Shown: positions 11,401-22,179 of the stretch, piece by piece | How the letters are laid out: each line of letters opens with the position of its first letter | Numbering within the stretch: position 1 is the first letter of the stretch | Source of the DNA: Candidatus Ratteibacteria bacterium | GTDB taxonomy: Bacteria; Ratteibacteria; UBA8468; B48-G9; JAFGKM01 | Direction: 5' to 3' | DNA: 64,000 bases | Assembly: GCA_046296715.1 (NCBI GenBank) | Contig: JBKBIN010000007.1 | Span: 1-64,000, forward strand | Notes under the pieces: generated by a model | Told to the model about the DNA's origin: nothing | Database searches by the model: none | What the model saw: only the letters and a program-made list of their open reading frames with translations | Made by a program: the position numbers and the translations under genes

Positions 11401-12561
11401 TTAAAAAGTTGCGCTTTTTTTAACTGCTTTTGCTACTACTTTTGCTACATTTTTATCAAGAGCAGAAGGTATTATATAAGAGGGTGAAAGTTTTTTTTCA
11501 GGGATATAATTTGCTATTGCTAAACTTGCTGCTATTTTCATTTTCTCTGTAATTTTTTTTGCTTTTGCATCAAAAGTTCCTCTAAAAATTCCAGGAAAAG
11601 CAAGAAGATTATTTATTTGATTTGGGAAATCACTTCTTCCTGTTGCAACAATGTAAGCACCTGCTTTTTTTGCTTTGTCAGGCATTATTTCAGGTATAGG
11701 ATTGCTCATAGCAAAAACAATTGAAAATTTATTCATACTTTTTACCATTTCTTCTGTTACAAGATTGGGACCTGATACACCTATAAAAACATCTGATTCT
11801 TTCATGGCATCTTTCAAAGTTCCTTTTTTTGATCCTTCCCATAAATATTCTAATATTTCTTCTTTTGCAAAATTCATATTTTCCTTTCTCCCTTTATAAA
11901 TTATTCCTTCTCTATCACACAATATAATTTTTCTTGCACCTTGTCTGTGTAACATTTTTGTAATTGCTATTCCTGCTGCTCCTGCTCCATTTATTACAAT
12001 CTTTATATTTTCAATCTTCTTATTTACAAGTTTTAAAGCATTTATCAGACCTGCAAGCACAACAATTGCTGTTCCATCCTGATCGTCATGAAAAACAGGA
12101 ATATCTAACTCTTCATTCAATCTTTGTTCAATTGTAAAACATCTTGGAGCAGAAACATCTTCAAGATTTATCCCTCCAAAAGTAGGTGCTATTTTTTTAA
12201 CAATATCAATTATTTCCTCAACTTCCTGTGTATCAAGACATATTGGTATTGCATCAACTCCACCAAATTCTTTAAATAAAATTGCCTTTCCTTCCATAAC
12301 AGGAAGTGCAGCATATGGACCAATATTTCCAAGCCCTAAAACAGCACTTCCATCTGTGACAATAGCAACAGTATTCCCTTTCCATGTATAATCATAGACA
12401 TTTTCTTTATTTTCTTTTATTTTAAGACAGGGAATAGCAACTCCTGGTGTGTAAGCAAGTGATAAATTACTTTTTGTTTTTAAAGGGACTTTTGTTTTTA
12501 TTTCAAGTTTACCTTTCGCCTTTTTATGTAATTTTAGCGCCTCTTTTGATAAATTTTTCAT
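11401..12561 (-). CDS. NAD(P)-dependent malic enzyme (small type)
   Basis: [41 protein letters not shown] and [12 protein letters not shown]. Confidence 0.93.
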   Translation of the reverse strand: MKNLSKEALKLHKKAKGKLEIKTKVPLKTKSNLSLAYTPGVAIPCLKIKENKENVYDYTWKGNTVAIVTDGSAVLGLGNIGPYAALPVMEGKAILFKEFGGVDAIPICLDTQEVEEIIDIVKKIAPTFGGINLEDVSAPRCFTIEQRLNEELDIPVFHDDQDGTAIVVLAGLINALKLVNKKIENIKIVINGAGAAGIAITKMLHRQGARKIILCDREGIIYKGRKENMNFAKEEILEYLWEGSKKGTLKDAMKESDVFIGVSGPNLVTEEMVKSMNKFSIVFAMSNPIPEIMPDKAKKAGAYIVATGRSDFPNQINNLLAFPGIFRGTFDAKAKKITEKMKIAASLAIANYIPEKKLSPSYIIPSALDKNVAKVVAKAVKKSATF

Positions 12562-14651
12562 TTAAATATAGAATTTTTAACTATAAATCCGGCAAATACA
12601 ATTGAAACTATAGAGATTAACTTTATCAATATATTTAAAGAAGGACCTGCTGTATCTTTAAATGGATCTCCAACAGTATCACCTGTAACAGCTGCTTTAT
12701 GGGCATCCGTTCCCTTTCCCCCAAAATTTCCTTTTTCTATATATTTTTTCGCATTATCCCAGGCAGCCCCTGAATTTGCCATCATTATAGCTACAGCAAA
12801 TCCACTTGTTAACGCTCCAACAAGAAGCCCCACAACTCCATCAACCCCAAGCAAAATTCCAACAACAATTGGAAGAATAACTGTTAAAATTGAAGGTAGA
12901 AGCATTTCTTTTTGTGCTGATTTTGTACATATATCAACTGCCTTTGCATAGTCAGGTTTTGCTTTTCCTTCAAGAAGTCCAGTTATTTCCTTAAATTGTC
13001 TTCGCACTTCCTGAACTATCTGTTGTGCTGCGCGACCAACTGCTTTTAAAGCCATTGAACAGAAAAAGAAAGGATACATCGCTCCTATAAAAACACCACA
13101 TAAAACTCTAAAATTCATAATTGATAAGTCAAGTTTTCCACCAAGAAGAACAATTTGTTCTTTATAGGCAGCAATTAATGCAAGCGCTGTTAAAGCAGCT
13201 GACCCAATAGCAAATCCTTTACCTGTTGCAGCAGTAGTATTTCCAAGAGCATCAAGTGCATCTGTTCTCTGTCTTACAAAAGATGGTTGATGTGTCATTT
13301 CAGCATTTCCTCCAGCATTATCTGCAACAGGACCGTAAGCATCTGTTGCAAGAGTAATTCCAAGAGTGCTTAAAAGTCCAACTCCAGCAAGTCCAATACC
13401 ATATAATCCAAGAGAAGGGTTATAAAGTCCACCACCAAAAACATAAGCAAAGATAGTAGCAATCACAACAGTTAAAACTGGTGCAATTGTTGATAACATA
13501 CCTGTTGAAATTCCTTCTATAATTACTGTTGCATGTCCTGTTAAAGCACTTTTTGCAATTGCTTTTGTAGGTGAATATGTATCTGAAGTGAAAAATTCTG
13601 TAAAAAAACCTATTATAACTCCTGCAACTATTCCACTTAAAATAGAAATATAAAGCCCTTTATATTGATAACCAAGAAGATAAACAACAGCAGGATATGA
13701 AAAGATAACTACAAGAATTGATGCAAAATAGATTCCTCTTCTTAAAGCTTTCAATAGATTTGCTTGACTTGCTTCTTCACTTGCTCTAACAAGTAAAGAA
13801 CCTATTATTGAAGAAATAACTCCTATTGTCGCTATTAGCATTGGGAGAGAAATTCCTTTAATACCAAGACCAGCAGCATAAGCAAGAGCCATAGTTGCTA
13901 TTATTGCATCTGTATATGATTCATAAAGATCTGCTCCCATTCCAGCAACATCTCCTACATTGTCTCCAACATTATCTGCAATTACTGCTGGATTTCTTGG
14001 GTCGTCTTCAGGAATTCCTGCTTCTACTTTACCAACAAGGTCTGCTCCAACATCTGCTCCCTTTGTATAAATTCCACCACCAACTCTTGCAAAAAGTGCT
14101 TGAGCACTTGCTCCCATACCAAAACATATCATTGTTGATGTTATATATCTCAATCTTTCCTCTATATCATAAACCCTATTTTTATAAAACCATGTTAAAA
14201 GATTATACCAAATACTTATATCTAAAAGAGCAAGTCCAACAACAACAAGTCCCATTACAAGTCCAGCAGAAAAAGCAATTCTTAAAGCACTATTTAAAGA
14301 TGTTTTAGCAGCAAAAGCAGTTCTTGCACTTGATTTTGTTGCAATAGTCATTCCAATATAGCCACTTAATGCAGAGAAAAAGCCACCAGTTAAAAAAGCA
14401 AATGGAACAAAAATAGGTAAATATTTGAAAATAGAAAGTAATAAAAGAATTACAAAAACTACACTAAAAAATGCACCAACTCCTTTATATTGTCTTTTAA
14501 GATATGCTCTTGCTCCTGTTCTAACCGCCTCTGCAACCTCAATCATTTCAGGAGTCCCTTCTGATTTTTTCAATATAAATCTTGTAAGATAAAATGTATA
14601 ACCTAAAGCAAAAACAGAACCTATTATTGTAATTAGTTGCGAATACTCCAT
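12558..14651 (-). CDS. hppA: Membrane-integral pyrophosphatase, K+-dependent type (probable Na+,H+-PPase)
   Basis: [41 protein letters not shown] and [10 protein letters not shown]; start at ATG 14651 after AGGAGG. Confidence 0.95.
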   Translation of the reverse strand: MEYSQLITIIGSVFALGYTFYLTRFILKKSEGTPEMIEVAEAVRTGARAYLKRQYKGVGAFFSVVFVILLLLSIFKYLPIFVPFAFLTGGFFSALSGYIGMTIATKSSARTAFAAKTSLNSALRIAFSAGLVMGLVVVGLALLDISIWYNLLTWFYKNRVYDIEERLRYITSTMICFGMGASAQALFARVGGGIYTKGADVGADLVGKVEAGIPEDDPRNPAVIADNVGDNVGDVAGMGADLYESYTDAIIATMALAYAAGLGIKGISLPMLIATIGVISSIIGSLLVRASEEASQANLLKALRRGIYFASILVVIFSYPAVVYLLGYQYKGLYISILSGIVAGVIIGFFTEFFTSDTYSPTKAIAKSALTGHATVIIEGISTGMLSTIAPVLTVVIATIFAYVFGGGLYNPSLGLYGIGLAGVGLLSTLGITLATDAYGPVADNAGGNAEMTHQPSFVRQRTDALDALGNTTAATGKGFAIGSAALTALALIAAYKEQIVLLGGKLDLSIMNFRVLCGVFIGAMYPFFFCSMALKAVGRAAQQIVQEVRRQFKEITGLLEGKAKPDYAKAVDICTKSAQKEMLLPSILTVILPIVVGILLGVDGVVGLLVGALTSGFAVAIMMANSGAAWDNAKKYIEKGNFGGKGTDAHKAAVTGDTVGDPFKDTAGPSLNILIKLISIVSIVFAGFIVKNSIFK

Positions 14652-14758
14652 CTTTTCCTCCTTCTTTATATTAAAGTTTAATAATTTATAATTTTTTTTG
14701 TTTATTGTCAATTAAGTTTAATGTTTAATTCTGGTTTTGTCAATGATAAAATAAAAGT

Positions 14759-15838
14759 ATGGGAAAAAAGAAGGTTATTGTTGGTCTTTCTGGTGGAGTT
14801 GATTCTTCTATAAGTGCTTTATTGCTAAAGGAAAAGGGATATGATGTTTATGGTGTATTTATGAAAATATTTGATGATAAAAATGGAAAACTTGAAAAAA
14901 AGAAAAGTGCTTGTTATGGTCCTGAAGAAAAGGATTTAGAAGATGTAGAAAAAGTTTGTAAAATTCTGAATATACCTCTTTATATAGTTGATTTAAAAAG
15001 AGAATATAGTGAAATTGTTTTAAATTACTTTGTAAAAGAATATCTTAAAGGGAAAACACCCAATCCATGTGTTATTTGCAATAGATTTATAAAGTTTGAT
15101 ATTTTATTAAAGAAAGTCCTATCTTCTGGAATAGATTTTGATTTTTTTGCTACAGGCCATTATGCAAGAGTAGAATATGATGAAAAAAGGAAAAGATATA
15201 TACTAAAAAAGGGAATTGATAGTGAAAAGGACCAAAGTTATTTTTTATTTTTACTAACTCAGGAGCAATTATCAAAAATAATTTTCCCTCTTGGTAATTA
15301 TACAAAAAAACAGGTTAGAGAATTAGCAAGAAAATATAATTTACATTTATCTGAGAAAGAAGAAAGTCAAGATTTTGTTTGTGGAGACAGGTCTTACTTT
15401 TTTAAAGATAGGGGTAAAGAAGGGTTTATAGTTGATAAATATGGGAATATTTTAGGAAAGCATAAAGGTATTGTTTACTATACTATTGGACAGAGAAAAG
15501 GACTTGGGATTGCAAAAGGGAAAAAATTATATGTAATTGGTATAGATGAAAAAGAAAATAAAATAGTAATTGGTGAGGAAAAGGATTTATATAAAAAATA
15601 TTTAATAGCAGAAAATTTAAACTATATCTCAATTGAAAAACTTGAAAACGAAAAAGAAGTTGAAGCGAAAATAAGATATAAACATACTCCAGCAAAATGT
15701 ATTATAAAGCCATCCGATGAAAATAAAGTTGAAGTTATTTTTGAACAAGAACAGAGGGCTCCTACTCCGGGTCAGGCAGTTGTTTTTTATGAAAAGGATG
15801 AGGTAGTTGGTGGCGGTTTTATAAAATTGACTTACTAA
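14759..15838 (+). CDS. mnmA: tRNA 2-thiouridylase MnmA
   Basis: SGGVDS, TPNPCVICN, ATGHYAR, KDQSYFL, YTIGQRKGLG and TPGQAVVFY. Confidence 0.96.
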   Translation: MGKKKVIVGLSGGVDSSISALLLKEKGYDVYGVFMKIFDDKNGKLEKKKSACYGPEEKDLEDVEKVCKILNIPLYIVDLKREYSEIVLNYFVKEYLKGKTPNPCVICNRFIKFDILLKKVLSSGIDFDFFATGHYARVEYDEKRKRYILKKGIDSEKDQSYFLFLLTQEQLSKIIFPLGNYTKKQVRELARKYNLHLSEKEESQDFVCGDRSYFFKDRGKEGFIVDKYGNILGKHKGIVYYTIGQRKGLGIAKGKKLYVIGIDEKENKIVIGEEKDLYKKYLIAENLNYISIEKLENEKEVEAKIRYKHTPAKCIIKPSDENKVEVIFEQEQRAPTPGQAVVFYEKDEVVGGGFIKLTY

Positions 15839-15944
15839 ATGGTTGCTTTTCCCCTTGTATGCAAACCACTAGTGAGATTAACAGGACTTAATTTTTATTT
15901 ACAAATTTTAGTTTTTATGATATAAAATTTATGGAGGAAAAAAA

Positions 15945-16913
15945 ATGGGTTTATGGTTAATTAGAGGTTTTTTCTTTATTTTATGTATATTGGCTGGTTT
16001 TTATTCTTTACCAGATAAAAAAATAGTTGGTGTTTTAATTGGTTGTTTTGGCTCTTTTATAGTAATTGGAATAGAGATATTAATAGGAAAAATCCCTTGG
16101 AAGAAGCTAATTCTTGCAGTTGGTGGTCTTATAGTAGGTCTTACAACAGCAATTCTTCTTGCCAATTTTTTTCTTTTAATTCCACTTGAAAATGAAAGAT
16201 TAGAAAATTTAATTAGATTTTCTTTCTATTTTGTTTTCTCATATCTTGGAATAATGGTTGGGATAAAAGGTTTTGAAGAACTTGGATTTGTTTTGCCTTT
16301 TTTAGGAGGGGTGAAAGAAGGAGAAAAATTTTTACTCGTTGATACAAATATTTTAATTGATGGTAGGGTCTATGAACTTATGAAAAGCGGATTTATTGAT
16401 TATACATTAATTATTCCTCAATTTATAATTAAAGAACTTCATGGGCTTGCCGATGCTTCCAGTGATATAAAAAGACAAAGAGGAAGGAGAGGACTTGAGG
16501 TATTAAATAAATTGAGGGAAGATGGTGAAATAAAAGCAAAAGTTTATAATATAGATTATGATGATGTAGAAGCAGTTGATACAAAACTTGTAAAACTTGC
16601 ATCCCAATTGAATGCTGCAATTTTAACAAACGATTTTAATCTCACTAAAGTAGCAGAAGTTCAGAATATTAAAGTTTTAAATCTTAATACTTTAACAAAT
16701 TTAATGCGACCAAGGTTAATGAGTGGAGAAGAAATTTCTTTAAAAATAATAAAAGAAGGGAAAGAAGTAGGTCAAGGAGTTGGATATCTTGAGGATGGAA
16801 CAATGGTGGTTGTTGAGAATGCTTCAAAATATATAGGAAAAGTTGTTGATATAATTATAGATAGTGCTATTCAAACACCGACAGGGAGAATTATTTTTGC
16901 AAAATTGAAATGA
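15945..16913 (+). CDS. Membrane PIN/TRAM-domain protein (YacL-like)
   Basis: N-terminal TM helices, VDTNILIDGR, RGRRGL, TNDFNL and GVGYLEDGTMVVVE; lies upstream of ispD as in the yacL-ispD arrangement. Confidence 0.9.
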   Translation: MGLWLIRGFFFILCILAGFYSLPDKKIVGVLIGCFGSFIVIGIEILIGKIPWKKLILAVGGLIVGLTTAILLANFFLLIPLENERLENLIRFSFYFVFSYLGIMVGIKGFEELGFVLPFLGGVKEGEKFLLVDTNILIDGRVYELMKSGFIDYTLIIPQFIIKELHGLADASSDIKRQRGRRGLEVLNKLREDGEIKAKVYNIDYDDVEAVDTKLVKLASQLNAAILTNDFNLTKVAEVQNIKVLNLNTLTNLMRPRLMSGEEISLKIIKEGKEVGQGVGYLEDGTMVVVENASKYIGKVVDIIIDSAIQTPTGRIIFAKLK

Positions 16914-17581
16914 TTTTCACCATTCTTGTTGGAGCAGGGAAAGGGAAAAGGTTAAAATGTTCAATTCCAAAATCCTTTGTTGAAATTGAACACAAAAAGT
17001 TGTTTTTATATTCTCTGGAGAAATTTTATAAGTTTTCAGATAAAATATTTATTGCAGTTCCTAAAGGATATATTAAAGAATGCAGAAAGATAACAGAAAA
17101 TAAATTCCCAAATCTTGTTATTGTAGAAGGTGGAAAAAGAAGACAGGATAGTGTATTTAATTGTTTAAAAAATATCAATAACGAACAAGGCATTGTCTTA
17201 ATTCATGATGTTGCAAGACCATTTGTAAGTGAAAATTTAATTAAAAAAATTATTGAAGGGACAAAGAAATATGGTGCATGTATTCCTGTTTTAAAAATAA
17301 TTGATACTGTAAAAGAAGTAGAAAAGAAATTTGTTAAAATGACTCTTAATCGGGAAAAACTTTTTATAGTTCAGACACCTCAGGGATTTAAATTAGATCT
17401 TATAAAAAAAGCATATGAGAATGTGAAAAAGATAACCGGAAGTGACGATTCTTTTTTTCTTGAAAAAATGGGGTATAATAAAATCTATTGTGAAAAAGGA
17501 GAAATAACAAATTTTAAAATAACTTATTCTTTTGATTTAATTTTTGCTGAATTTTTATTAAAAAAATGGGGAAAGGTATAA
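16910..17581 (+). CDS. ispD: 2-C-methyl-D-erythritol 4-phosphate cytidylyltransferase
   Basis: GAGKGKR, GG.RRQDSV, IHDVARP, VQTPQGF and NFKITY. Confidence 0.92.
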   Translation: MIFTILVGAGKGKRLKCSIPKSFVEIEHKKLFLYSLEKFYKFSDKIFIAVPKGYIKECRKITENKFPNLVIVEGGKRRQDSVFNCLKNINNEQGIVLIHDVARPFVSENLIKKIIEGTKKYGACIPVLKIIDTVKEVEKKFVKMTLNREKLFIVQTPQGFKLDLIKKAYENVKKITGSDDSFFLEKMGYNKIYCEKGEITNFKITYSFDLIFAEFLLKKWGKV

Positions 17582-18753
17582 CTTATCCTGAAGGTTTTTA
17601 TGCAAGCGGGATTAATTGTGGAATAAAAGAAAATAAAAATGATCTATCTTTAATTTATTCAGAATTACCTTGTATTGCAGCAGGAACTTTTACAACAAAT
17701 CAGTTTAAATCGTATAGTGTTATTTGGTGTATAAAACACATAAAGAATAAAATTAGAGCAATTCTTATAAATAGTGGAAATGCAAATGCTTGTAATGGAA
17801 AGGAAAACTGGGAGTTAACTAAAAAACTAATAGAAGAAATTTCTCAAAAATTAAAAATTGAAAAAAATTCTGTTCTTTTTGCATCAACAGGGATAATAGG
17901 GGTTCCATTACCATATGAAAAAATTAAAAATGGATTTGATAAACTTATTGAAAAACTTTCAAAAGATGGAAATTTAGAGGCAGCAAAAGGAATAATGACA
18001 ACAGACACTTTCCCAAAAGAATTTGAAATAAAAACAAATATTTATGGTAGAAAAAAACAGGTTTATATAGGAGGCATGGCAAAGGGAGCAGGTATGATAA
18101 ATCCATCAATGGCAACAATGTTATGTTTCATTACTACAGATGCTGTTATAGATAAAAATGCTCTTGAGATTGCTTTAAAAAATGCAGTTGAGGATTCATT
18201 TAATATGATTACAGTTGATAATGATACAAGTACAAATGACACTGTAATAATTCTTGCCAATGGCTTTGCAAGAAATAAAACAATACATATTGGAAGTCCA
18301 GAATTTACTGAATTTTCAAATTCTTTAAAAACACTTTGTATTGAACTTGCAAAAAAAATTGTAATGGATGGAGAAGGAGCAGGTAAACTTATTGAAGTTG
18401 TCGTAAATGGTGGCTGGTGCAAAAAAGATGTAAGAAAAGTAGCAAAAAGAATCAGTGGTTCAATGCTTGTTAAAACAGCAATTAGTGGTGGAGACCCAAA
18501 CTGGGGGAGAATAATTGCTGCTATTGGTTCAACAAATGCGAGAATGGATATAAAAAAACTTGAAGTTAAGATATGTGGTATTAAGGTTTTTGAAGGTGAG
18601 CCAGCAAAATTTGATAGGGACTTGTTAAGAGAATTAATGAAAAACAAAGAGATAAAAATTGAAATTGATTTAAAAAGAGGAAATTTCTCTGCAACTTCAT
18701 GGGGTTGTGATTTAACAGAAGAATATGTAAAAATTAATAAGGAATACTCATGA
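17566..18753 (+). CDS. argJ: Ornithine acetyltransferase / N-acetylglutamate synthase ArgJ
   Basis: NSGNANA, STGIIG, IMTTD, KGAGMINPSMATML, DTSTND, DGEGA, DPNWGR and GCDLTEEYV. Confidence 0.96.
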   Translation: MGKGITYPEGFYASGINCGIKENKNDLSLIYSELPCIAAGTFTTNQFKSYSVIWCIKHIKNKIRAILINSGNANACNGKENWELTKKLIEEISQKLKIEKNSVLFASTGIIGVPLPYEKIKNGFDKLIEKLSKDGNLEAAKGIMTTDTFPKEFEIKTNIYGRKKQVYIGGMAKGAGMINPSMATMLCFITTDAVIDKNALEIALKNAVEDSFNMITVDNDTSTNDTVIILANGFARNKTIHIGSPEFTEFSNSLKTLCIELAKKIVMDGEGAGKLIEVVVNGGWCKKDVRKVAKRISGSMLVKTAISGGDPNWGRIIAAIGSTNARMDIKKLEVKICGIKVFEGEPAKFDRDLLRELMKNKEIKIEIDLKRGNFSATSWGCDLTEEYVKINKEYS

Positions 18754-20687
18754 TAAGTAGAATAAAAAAATTTACTTGCTTTTTCCTTGGGGAGGAAGAA
18801 GTTTTATTGAAAAAATTACAGAAATTAGGTATTGTTGAAATTGAAAATATATCATTTGAGGGATTTGAAAAAAAGAAATTAACAAAAGACGAAATAGAAG
18901 ATAAGATAAAGAAACTTGAATTTTTGAAAAATATATTAAGTGAAACAGAAAAAAAACAAGCGAATGAAAAAATAATCATAGATGAAAATGAAGAAAATAA
19001 AATTCTTGAGACCTTTTCACTTGAAAATATTTACAATGAAAATCTAAAACTTTATCTTGATATAGAAAAAAGAAAAAGAATTATTCAAAAAATAGAAAAA
19101 TTAAAGGAAGAAGTTTTACCTTTTATTAATACAGACGTAATTTTCTCTGAAGTTTTTAATCTTTCTAATTTTTCTTTTTTTGTTTTTTCACTACCACAAA
19201 AAATAAGATTAGAAAGCGTTTCTGAAGATTTATATCTGGAAAAGATTGGTGAATTTCAAAAAGATTTTTTATACATTTTATTGTTCAGAAAAGAAAAAAA
19301 AGAGATTGCTGAAGGTTTTTTAAAAGAAATAGGAGGAAAGATTTTATATGTAAGAAAATGGAATAAAAAGATAAAAGAAATTTTTGAAAAACTTGAAAAA
19401 ATCAAACTAAAAAATGAACAAGCGATACTAAAAATAAAAAAGAAATTATCAGAAATAACAGAATATAAAAAAGAAATCTTTATATGTTATGACTATTATA
19501 AATGTCTTTATGAGTTTGTTTCTACAAGAGAAAAACTTGGCGTTTCAAAATTTGTAAAAGGAATAACCGGATGGGTAAGTGAAAAAAATATAGATATTTT
19601 AAAGAAAACGATATTTGAAGTTTATCCGGAAAGTTATCTAATTATTGAAGAACCAAAAGAAGGAGACAACATTCCTATAATACTTGAAAACAATAGATTT
19701 ATTGAACCATTTGAGGTTGTTACTGATCTATATGGAAGGCCTGTTTATAAAAATATTGATCCAACTGGCCCTTTATCTATATTCTTCGCTATCTCATTTG
19801 GTTTTTGTTTAACTGACGCAGGATATGGAATTTTGCTTATATTAATCTCATTAATTTTAATGAAAAAATTTAGATTTTTGCCAAACTTTGTTAAATTTTT
19901 AAAATTACTTTTTATATGTGGTATTTCAACTTTGATAATAGGTGCCTTAACAGGAGGATGGTTTGGTGATACATTATATAAACTTCCAGAAAACTATCTA
20001 TTTATTAAATTTTTAAAAAAAATTATACTTTTAAATCCTCTTGAAAGTGGCGATAAATCAACCCTTTTTCTATTAATTGCACTTGTTATTGGTTATATTC
20101 AGATTATATGGGGACTTATCTTAAATCTTTACAATAATATAAAAAGATATCCTTTAAAATTTTGTGGTGAAGCAATTTCTCTTCTTTTAATCCAAATACT
20201 TGTTGGTATTATTATTGTAGGTTATTTAAAAATGAAAGTATTGACTAAAGGTGCTTTTTATCTTTTGATACTATCTTTTATTTATTTAATGTATGAAAAG
20301 GCAAAGACACAAAAAGAATTAATGCTGAAAGGATTTTGGGCTATTTATGGTGCTTATAGTGTAATTGCAGGGAATTTACTTGGAGATGTATTAAGTTATA
20401 GTCGTCTTTTTGGTCTTGGGTTAACAACTTCGGTTCTTGGACTTGTAATCAATCAAATGGTGTCAATGCTTAAAAATATTCCTTATATTGGATTTTTTAT
20501 CGCATCTTTAGTTTTTATTGTTGGACATATAGGAAATCTTATAATAAATCTACTTGGAAGTTATGTCCATACAAGTAGATTGCAGTATCTTGAATTTTTT
20601 ACAAAATTTTTTGAAGGAGGTGGAAGAGTTTTTAAACCATTTAAAGAAGTTAGAAATTATACCTTATTGAAGACAGAAAGGTATTGA
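18750..20687 (+). CDS. V/A-type ATP synthase subunit I (a)
   Basis: IDPT, FGFCLTDAGYG, GDVLSYSRLFGLGL (essential Arg) and HTSRLQYLEFFTKFFEGGG. Confidence 0.9.
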   Translation: MISRIKKFTCFFLGEEEVLLKKLQKLGIVEIENISFEGFEKKKLTKDEIEDKIKKLEFLKNILSETEKKQANEKIIIDENEENKILETFSLENIYNENLKLYLDIEKRKRIIQKIEKLKEEVLPFINTDVIFSEVFNLSNFSFFVFSLPQKIRLESVSEDLYLEKIGEFQKDFLYILLFRKEKKEIAEGFLKEIGGKILYVRKWNKKIKEIFEKLEKIKLKNEQAILKIKKKLSEITEYKKEIFICYDYYKCLYEFVSTREKLGVSKFVKGITGWVSEKNIDILKKTIFEVYPESYLIIEEPKEGDNIPIILENNRFIEPFEVVTDLYGRPVYKNIDPTGPLSIFFAISFGFCLTDAGYGILLILISLILMKKFRFLPNFVKFLKLLFICGISTLIIGALTGGWFGDTLYKLPENYLFIKFLKKIILLNPLESGDKSTLFLLIALVIGYIQIIWGLILNLYNNIKRYPLKFCGEAISLLLIQILVGIIIVGYLKMKVLTKGAFYLLILSFIYLMYEKAKTQKELMLKGFWAIYGAYSVIAGNLLGDVLSYSRLFGLGLTTSVLGLVINQMVSMLKNIPYIGFFIASLVFIVGHIGNLIINLLGSYVHTSRLQYLEFFTKFFEGGGRVFKPFKEVRNYTLLKTERY

Positions 20688-20731
20688 TTTTTTTCAGTAT
20701 TTGTTATAAAATAATTCAAAAGGAGGAAATT

Positions 20732-21391
20732 ATGACAGGAGAAAGATTAGGTGTTCTGAATGAATTAATTAGTAAGTTTTGGTTTTCTCTTTCAAAAGTA
20801 ATTGGTGCGTTGTTGATATTTTTAATTGGCTGGCTCATTGCTAAGTTTTTGAAACTGTTGATAATAAAATTTTTTAAGTATATAAAGGTTGATAAACTTT
20901 CTGAAGATTCAGGACTTAAAGAGTTGCTTGAGAAAGGGAATATCACACTTGAAATTTCACAATTACTTGGAATTGGAGTTTACTGGTTATTAATGCTTGC
21001 AGTTGTTTTCCTTTCTATTAATTTTGCAGGGATACAGATACCATCAAATATAATAGATAAGATACTTAGTTTTATACCTAAATTTATACTTGGGCTTTTA
21101 ATTTTTATTTTTTCTATTTTCCTTGGAAGCTTCTTTGAAGGAATTGTAAGAACATCTGCTGGAAACGCAGGAATTGAAAAGGCACCATTTTTAGGGAAAT
21201 TAACTAAAATAGCGATCATAATTTTTGGAACAGTTCTTGCTTTACAGGAAATTGGGATTGCTGCTGATTTTATTGGAGATGTCTTTATAATTGTTCTCGC
21301 TTCATTTTGTTTTGGAATTGCTCTTGCTTTTGCTCTTGGTACAAAGGATATTATTAAAGAAAAAGTTGAAGAATTTTTAAAAAAGAAGTAA
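20732..21391 (+). CDS. TM-helix-repeat membrane protein (MscS-associated/CmpX-like)
   Basis: Repeated 'KVIGALLIFLIGWLIAK' / 'FIPKFILGLLIF' helices and C-terminal ALAFALG; RBS AGGAGG before ATG 20732. Confidence 0.75.
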   Translation: MTGERLGVLNELISKFWFSLSKVIGALLIFLIGWLIAKFLKLLIIKFFKYIKVDKLSEDSGLKELLEKGNITLEISQLLGIGVYWLLMLAVVFLSINFAGIQIPSNIIDKILSFIPKFILGLLIFIFSIFLGSFFEGIVRTSAGNAGIEKAPFLGKLTKIAIIIFGTVLALQEIGIAADFIGDVFIIVLASFCFGIALAFALGTKDIIKEKVEEFLKKK

Positions 21392-21397
21392 AAATAA

Positions 21398-21469
21398 GGG
21401 CGCGTAGCTCAAGGGCAGAGCACCGTGCTGATAACGCGGGGGTTGATGGTTCGATTCCATCCGCGCCCA
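21398..21469 (+). tRNA. tRNA-Ile(GAT)
   Basis: Cloverleaf: acceptor GGGCGCG/CGCGCCC, D stem GCTC/GAGC, anticodon stem CCGTG/CGCGG with loop CT-GAT-AA, T arm GATGG-TTCGATT-CCATC; discriminator A; CCA not encoded. Confidence 0.95.
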
Positions 21470-21493
21470 TTTTTAAGTTTAAAAGGAGGTAGA

Positions 21494-22177
21494 ATGAACA
21501 AAATTGTTTTTTCAGCAGAGGTAAGAGAAGGTAAAGGTAAAGGAGTGGCAAGAAAGTTAAGAAGTAAAGGTTATATTCCTGGAATTCTATATGGTCCTGA
21601 TATACAACCTATTCCTATAAAACTTGAAAGAAAAACTAATGAAAAAATAATTTTACATTTAACATCACATAACATTATGGCTGAAATGCAACTTAAAAAA
21701 AATGGAGAAGAGCAAACAATTCAAGTTATTTTAAAAGATATTCAAATGGACCCTATAAAAGACGAAATAATTCATCTTGACTTTTATAAATTAAGCTCAG
21801 AAAGACCGGTCATTATAGAAGTACCCATTGTTTTGAAAGGGAAATCTATTGGAGAAGAAAAGGGAGGAATACTTGAACATGAATTAAGGGAAATAAAAGT
21901 TGAAGGACTACCAGGAAATATTCCAGAAAAAATAGAAATTGATATAAAAGAACTTGATTTTGGTCATGCAATTTTAGTTAAAGATATAAGAGTACCTGAA
22001 GGAGTTAAAATACTTGAAGATGAAAAAAAGGTGGTTGTTACGGTTTTAAAGCCGAAAGGAGAAATAACAGAGGAAGTAAAAGTTGAAGAAGTACTGGAAG
22101 AACCAAAAGTAATTTCACAGGAAAAAGTTGAAGAAAGAAGGAAGGAAAAAGAACAAGCAGAGAAAGAAGAAAGTTAA
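21494..22177 (+). CDS. rplY: 50S ribosomal protein L25 (Ctc form)
   Basis: GKGVARKLR, IPGILYG, HLDFY, GGIL and acidic tail; start ATG 21494 after AGGAGG (the ORF-track start lies inside the tRNA). Confidence 0.94.
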   Translation: MNKIVFSAEVREGKGKGVARKLRSKGYIPGILYGPDIQPIPIKLERKTNEKIILHLTSHNIMAEMQLKKNGEEQTIQVILKDIQMDPIKDEIIHLDFYKLSSERPVIIEVPIVLKGKSIGEEKGGILEHELREIKVEGLPGNIPEKIEIDIKELDFGHAILVKDIRVPEGVKILEDEKKVVVTVLKPKGEITEEVKVEEVLEEPKVISQEKVEERRKEKEQAEKEES

Positions 22178-22179
22178 CT

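Noticed and set aside
15839..15944. Imperfect hairpin TGGTTGC...GCAAACCA after mnmA as a riboswitch or ncRNA
   Set aside because: Single weak stem with no recognisable aptamer consensus; an Rfam search would be needed.
18063..18647. 194-aa antisense ORF within argJ, and similar short antisense or alternate-frame ORFs across the track
   Set aside because: Fully overlap well-supported genes and have no motifs; shadow ORFs from codon bias.
21354..21551. 65-aa minus-strand ORF, and the rplY extension to 21425
   Set aside because: Both translate tRNA-Ile sequence; the real rplY start is ATG 21494 with AGGAGG.
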